IMG/VR virus record: IMGVR_UViG_3300050343_000130
DNA: 20,000 nucleotides
DNA from: an uncultured virus (IMG/VR IMGVR_UViG_3300050343_000130)
Taxonomy: Duplodnaviria; Heunggongvirae; Uroviricota; Caudoviricetes; Crassvirales
Strand: one strand, 5' to 3'
The first letter of the stretch is position 1. The number at the start of each line of letters is the position of its first letter. Shown here piece by piece: positions 16,817-20,000 of the stretch. Below the pieces are notes generated by a model. That model was given only the letters and a program-made list of their open reading frames with translations, had not been told where the DNA came from and did not search any database. A program made the position numbers and the translations under genes.

Positions 16817-16853
16817 TAGCCTGTTACTATTATTATTATACTACCTATCGTCC

Positions 16854-17048
16854 CTATATGGACAAATACTTTAATCTTCTGTTATATTTAAGAAAAAGCT
16901 GGCTTTTTATTTTTGCCATCTCATAATTATCTTCTATAACATATAATACTATGCTGTTATGAAGCTCTGTTATTGCCTGTTCTAAAATTCTTTTGTGGTG
17001 CCGCTTTCTTCGGCTTTCGATAAGCTTTAATTTTATTGCTAATTCCAT
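16854..17048 (-). CDS. Hypothetical protein (64 aa)
   Basis: Overlaps the upstream stop; operon-consistent. Confidence 0.55.
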   Translation of the reverse strand: MELAIKLKLIESRRKRHHKRILEQAITELHNSIVLYVIEDNYEMAKIKSQLFLKYNRRLKYLSI

Positions 17049-17530
17049 TGTAATTCGTGCTTATTAAGTGGTCTACTAATTTTTTGCTCATTTTTATTTG
17101 CTATTTTACATTTATCTAATTCATAATAATTCCAGTATGCTCTAATACTATCACCCTCGACCTTGTATTCGTCTGGCATACATTGAGGTGGTTCTTCGAA
17201 AGTACCTGTTGGTATTCCTGGAGGTGGGGTAGCTAAAATATCTTTGCATTTTGTAATTGTTAAGTGAGTTTTATTATATCTATTTGTGTATTCTTTACCA
17301 AGTGCTAACATATGATTATATAACCATAAGTATTGCGATTTATTTGTTCTGCACCATATAGTTGACGGATGATTTAAATGTGCTTTCTTATATGGAACGT
17401 TGTTATTACCTAGTGCTATATGAGCCGTACAAAGCATTTGTGCTGACTCTAAGATCATTTTAACTTTATGCTTATCATAAAAGTAACTAGCTGAAACAAC
17501 AGGGTCTCTGTCTAAATAAAATATATTCAT
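17039..17530 (-). CDS. Pyrimidine-dimer DNA glycosylase / T4 endonuclease V-like family protein
   Basis: MNIFYLD..P...A....DKH.VKMILESAQMLCTAH, YKKAHLNHPSTIW, EYTNRYNKTH, PPQCMPDEYK, AYWNYY family signature. Confidence 0.75.
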   Translation of the reverse strand: MNIFYLDRDPVVSASYFYDKHKVKMILESAQMLCTAHIALGNNNVPYKKAHLNHPSTIWCRTNKSQYLWLYNHMLALGKEYTNRYNKTHLTITKCKDILATPPPGIPTGTFEEPPQCMPDEYKVEGDSIRAYWNYYELDKCKIANKNEQKISRPLNKHELQWN

Positions 17531-17637
17531 CTGTATCGTTTATTGTTTAGTCTATTGTAATGTTTGTCTAATAAGAGGTTTGCTATCTCTTCGCTTATCA
17601 TGTTGTCGTTGTATAACTGCCATATTAATTTATTCAT
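17527..17637 (-). CDS. Hypothetical protein (36 aa, MNKLIWQLYNDNMISEEIANLLLDKHYNRLNNKRYR)
   Basis: ATG overlaps the ligase end; its TGA overlaps the next ATG. Confidence 0.55.
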   Translation of the reverse strand: MNKLIWQLYNDNMISEEIANLLLDKHYNRLNNKRYR

Positions 17638-18481
17638 AGTTTCTGATTGCTTTAAATTGTGGGTGTCTGTAGCTATTAGCTTTTGTTCGTTCGAAATAAG
17701 TGAACGTTGCTGTTTGGCCAATATAGTTATGAATATTTTCTAACATATTAGCTAACATTTTGTAATTATAGCCTTTACCGGGAGGGCAACCGAACTCGAT
17801 ACCGTCAGCATCGATCATTAAGAACTTGCCGAGAGTGCCAGTACGTTTACCTTTGCCAGGTACATAGCCAACTATCGTCGCTTCAGTATCGTGGAAATCT
17901 TTAAACTTTTGTAGGTTATAAGAACGTTTGCATTCATATGGTTTATCTAGACGCAATATAGAGCCTTCGTAATCATTAGCTAGAAATTTGTTTTTGTGCA
18001 TATATAAAGCATCAGAATAACTGGTTACTTCATAAGACGGAACATATTTAACACAGTAAGAATACATATCGCTAGTAGCAAGTTGATTCATTCTGTACGA
18101 ATAGTTTTCGTTCATTACATTTTCAATATAGTCATAACAATGAAATTGTACATATGCTGCAGATTCTGTTCTATCAGCGGCAGATGGCTTTTGTTTTCGA
18201 ACTAATGATATTATTTTTTCGAAATCGTTGCGTAATTCGTGATTGTACAATTCGCCGTCAAGCACAATATCTGGGTGCTGATCGAAGAATGGTTTTAGAT
18301 TTTCAAGAATGTGATGAATATTTAGCCAAGGTTTGTTGTTACGAGAGAATGCGACAACTTCACCGGATTCATTTTGTTTAATTACACAGCGTACGCCGTC
18401 TAGTTTTGGTTGCATAAATACTTTCTCGGACCAGTCGATTGGTTTGGCATCTACTTTGTATGCGAGCATTGGTTTGATCAT
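17630..18481 (-). CDS. Minimal ATP-dependent DNA ligase
   Basis: KPMLA, QPKLDGVRC (KxDG), LDGELY, YEGSILR, KRSYNLQKFK, OB-fold C-terminus ending RHPQF. Confidence 0.92.
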   Translation of the reverse strand: MIKPMLAYKVDAKPIDWSEKVFMQPKLDGVRCVIKQNESGEVVAFSRNNKPWLNIHHILENLKPFFDQHPDIVLDGELYNHELRNDFEKIISLVRKQKPSAADRTESAAYVQFHCYDYIENVMNENYSYRMNQLATSDMYSYCVKYVPSYEVTSYSDALYMHKNKFLANDYEGSILRLDKPYECKRSYNLQKFKDFHDTEATIVGYVPGKGKRTGTLGKFLMIDADGIEFGCPPGKGYNYKMLANMLENIHNYIGQTATFTYFERTKANSYRHPQFKAIRNYE

Positions 18482-18482
18482 A

Positions 18483-18740
18483 TTATTTAAATTTATTTAA
18501 TTGGTTTTCTATTTTTATTATTTTCTTTTTTAATTTATCGCATTTAGAATAGTCTTCTTGTTGCAAGTTATAGTCTAGTTCGGTCATAGCTTTCGCTAAG
18601 TCAGCTAATAATTGCTGCTCTTCGTCAACAGGGCCGTCAAACACGGAACTGCTATAAACATTTACAGCTTGATCTTCCATAAATGCGATGAGTCTAGAGG
18701 CTATTCTATCTGCGATATAATTCATTTCTTGTTCATTCAT
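18483..18740 (-). CDS. Hypothetical protein with C-terminal UVR-like coiled coil
   Basis: QQEDYSKCDKLKKKIIKIE resembles the UvrB/UvrC motif. Confidence 0.6.
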   Translation of the reverse strand: MNEQEMNYIADRIASRLIAFMEDQAVNVYSSSVFDGPVDEEQQLLADLAKAMTELDYNLQQEDYSKCDKLKKKIIKIENQLNKFK

Positions 18741-18741
18741 A

Positions 18742-18765
18742 TATATTATCGTTATTCGTCCGTAT
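18742..18765 (-). promoter_or_regulatory. Putative phage promoter ATACG-N9-CGATAATATA (copy 1)
   Basis: + strand TATATTATCG ttattcgtc CGTAT, immediately upstream of ORF 18483-18740; same arrangement at 19639-19662. Confidence 0.6.
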
Positions 18766-19192
18766 CAAGTTCGTAGCCTTCATCTTCTAATTCTTCGATT
18801 GCTTGCTCGTGGTGGCGTTCGCATAGGTATACATATAATTCTTGTACTGCATCATCGATAAAATCTTGGTATAGATCATCGACGTATACAACGCCGCTAT
18901 CACGTATAGCATCTTGAAGGTGTCCGCTTAATTCAGATTCGTAGTAATTAACATTTTCACTTACACAAATGTTTCTAGTATCGTGAGTGGTTATATAAAC
19001 ACTGTAGCCATCGGCTGTTGATTCTTCGTATATATAGTAATCACAATTTTCATTCCACTGATCAGTTAGTTCAGTGTCATAATAATCAAGTATTATTTTT
19101 CTAATATGTTCTTCGTCGTGTGATTCAACTTCGCCAAAGCCATAGCTTATCATTTTTTCTTCGATAAGTTCGTCAGTTATTTTTTTACTCAT
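18752..19192 (-). CDS. Hypothetical highly acidic early protein (146 aa)
   Basis: Very D/E-rich ORF, ATGA-coupled to the upstream gene. Confidence 0.75.
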   Translation of the reverse strand: MSKKITDELIEEKMISYGFGEVESHDEEHIRKIILDYYDTELTDQWNENCDYYIYEESTADGYSVYITTHDTRNICVSENVNYYESELSGHLQDAIRDSGVVYVDDLYQDFIDDAVQELYVYLCERHHEQAIEELEDEGYELDTDE

Positions 19193-19404
19193 TTTATTTT
19201 ATTTATTACTTCGTTTATTTTGTGTATAAGATCAGCGGCATCCATATTATAATGGTATTCTTCTATCAGCCACTTGATTTCTTTTAGCTTTTCATCAGCT
19301 AATTCTAGTGCTATTTTTTCGTCGATTTTTACACGAACGTCAGGATTTCTAGTCCACCAACCTTCTTCGTTTAGTTCGTGCCACTTAGTTACTGAGTCGC
19401 TCAT
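19189..19404 (-). CDS. Hypothetical protein (71 aa)
   Basis: ATGA overlaps on both sides. Confidence 0.7.
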   Translation of the reverse strand: MSDSVTKWHELNEEGWWTRNPDVRVKIDEKIALELADEKLKEIKWLIEEYHYNMDAADLIHKINEVINKIK

Positions 19405-19625
19405 GATTTTAAGAATGAATCGCCGTACATAAAACCGAATGCAGATACTTGCACGCCGCTTTGACCGGTGTATGTTATTAAATCTTTAACGTTGTCAACT
19501 GTTAAGTCTGACCAGTATGATTTAGAAAGTAAAACATACTTTAATCTCATAGCGGTACTGTACTTCACGCTTGATGAGTCGAGTTCTGATTGTAACTCTG
19601 GCTTAAGGTTTTCGTATATAGTCAT
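19401..19625 (-). CDS. Hypothetical protein (74 aa)
   Basis: A-rich leader, downstream of promoter motif copy 2. Confidence 0.7.
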   Translation of the reverse strand: MTIYENLKPELQSELDSSSVKYSTAMRLKYVLLSKSYWSDLTVDNVKDLITYTGQSGVQVSAFGFMYGDSFLKS

Positions 19626-19638
19626 ATTATTAATTTAT

Positions 19639-19662
19639 TATATTATCGTTTATTGTTCGTAT
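19639..19662 (-). promoter_or_regulatory. Putative phage promoter ATACG-N9-CGATAATATA (copy 2)
   Basis: + strand TATATTATCG tttattgtt CGTAT, upstream of ORF 19401-19625. Confidence 0.6.
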
Positions 19663-19910
19663 TGTTGTTGTATTTGTAAATCTTTATTTATATGCTCTGC
19701 TAATTCTCTAAAATCAACTTGAGCAATGAAAGATCTCGCGTAACTTTCCATAAGACCCATGTCACCACAATGATCGAACACAATATGCTCTACATATTCT
19801 TCAATAAAGTCATAAGTTACTGGGAATTCCCAATCACCTCCTGATACTATTTCACTATTAATTTTCCAAGTGGCATAATTTGACCACCCATTACATTTTT
19901 TATCACTCAT
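19650..19910 (-). CDS. Hypothetical early protein with NGWSNYATW motif
   Basis: 86 aa; (Y/C)NGWxNYxTW is a recurrent small phage protein motif. Confidence 0.7.
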   Translation of the reverse strand: MSDKKCNGWSNYATWKINSEIVSGGDWEFPVTYDFIEEYVEHIVFDHCGDMGLMESYARSFIAQVDFRELAEHINKDLQIQQQYEQ

Positions 19911-19922
19911 ATTATTTAATTT

Positions 19923-19998
19923 TGGTGCGCCAGGAGGATTCGAACCTCCGACCTCTAGGTTATGAGCCTAGCGAGCTGACCATCTGCTCTACAGCGCA
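19923..19998 (-). tRNA. tRNA-Met(CAT), initiator (fMet)-like
   Basis: Reverse complement folds as TGCGCTG / GAGC-AGATGGTCA-GCTC / CTAGG-CTCATAA-CCTAG / GGAGG-TTCGAAT-CCTCC / TGGCGCA-CCA. The A11:U24 pair is an initiator hallmark. Confidence 0.92.
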
Positions 19999-20000
19999 AT

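Noticed and set aside
11370..19722. + strand ORFs opposite the early/middle operon (e.g. 11370-11855, 15801-16112, 16431-16685, 19468-19722)
   Set aside because: Completely overlap well-supported - strand genes; antisense shadows.
1..20000. Stop-codon reassignment (alternative genetic code)
   Set aside because: Standard code 11 gives near-complete gene tiling with full-length conserved proteins; TAG and TGA both serve as stops.

Overview
AT-rich, tightly packed dsDNA bacteriophage segment, most likely from a Bacteroidota/Flavobacteria-infecting aquatic phage. The host assignment is an inference from A-rich initiation regions without Shine-Dalgarno, a DDLPF-tailed SSB, an NrdAi/NrdBi-like RNR and a Twinkle/T7-like primase-helicase. 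The + strand (1-5841) carries the 3' part of a giant modular virion protein, two small basic proteins, a putative holin and a T7-lysozyme-like amidase. A bidirectional terminator separates this from a long - strand early/middle operon. In transcription order it holds a tRNA-Met(CAT), small early ORFs, ATP-dependent ligase, DenV-like glycosylase, an HTH protein, sigma factor, ERF + RecE-like nuclease + SSB, primase-helicase, a ThyA homologue, a GIY-YIG-like/MazG fusion, a second small NTP-pyrophosphatase, a resolvase-like endonuclease, and nrdB/nrdA. Most notable: (1) The ThyA homologue has Asp instead of the dUMP-specifying Asn (GLPYD vs GLPFN) and sits beside two all-alpha NTP pyrophosphatases, suggesting a nucleotide-level cytosine-modification (dCMP methylase/hydroxymethylase) pathway. 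(2) The giant virion protein carries HAD phosphatase and HNH-like cassettes delimited by a repeated AK(F/M)S(K/R)S linker, and appears to have a -1-frame C-terminal extension. (3) A bipartite ATACG-N9-CGATAATATA motif precedes early genes. (4) NrdB has a class Id-like Glu first ligand but lacks the class Id Lys. All functional calls come from motif recognition by eye; no searches were run.
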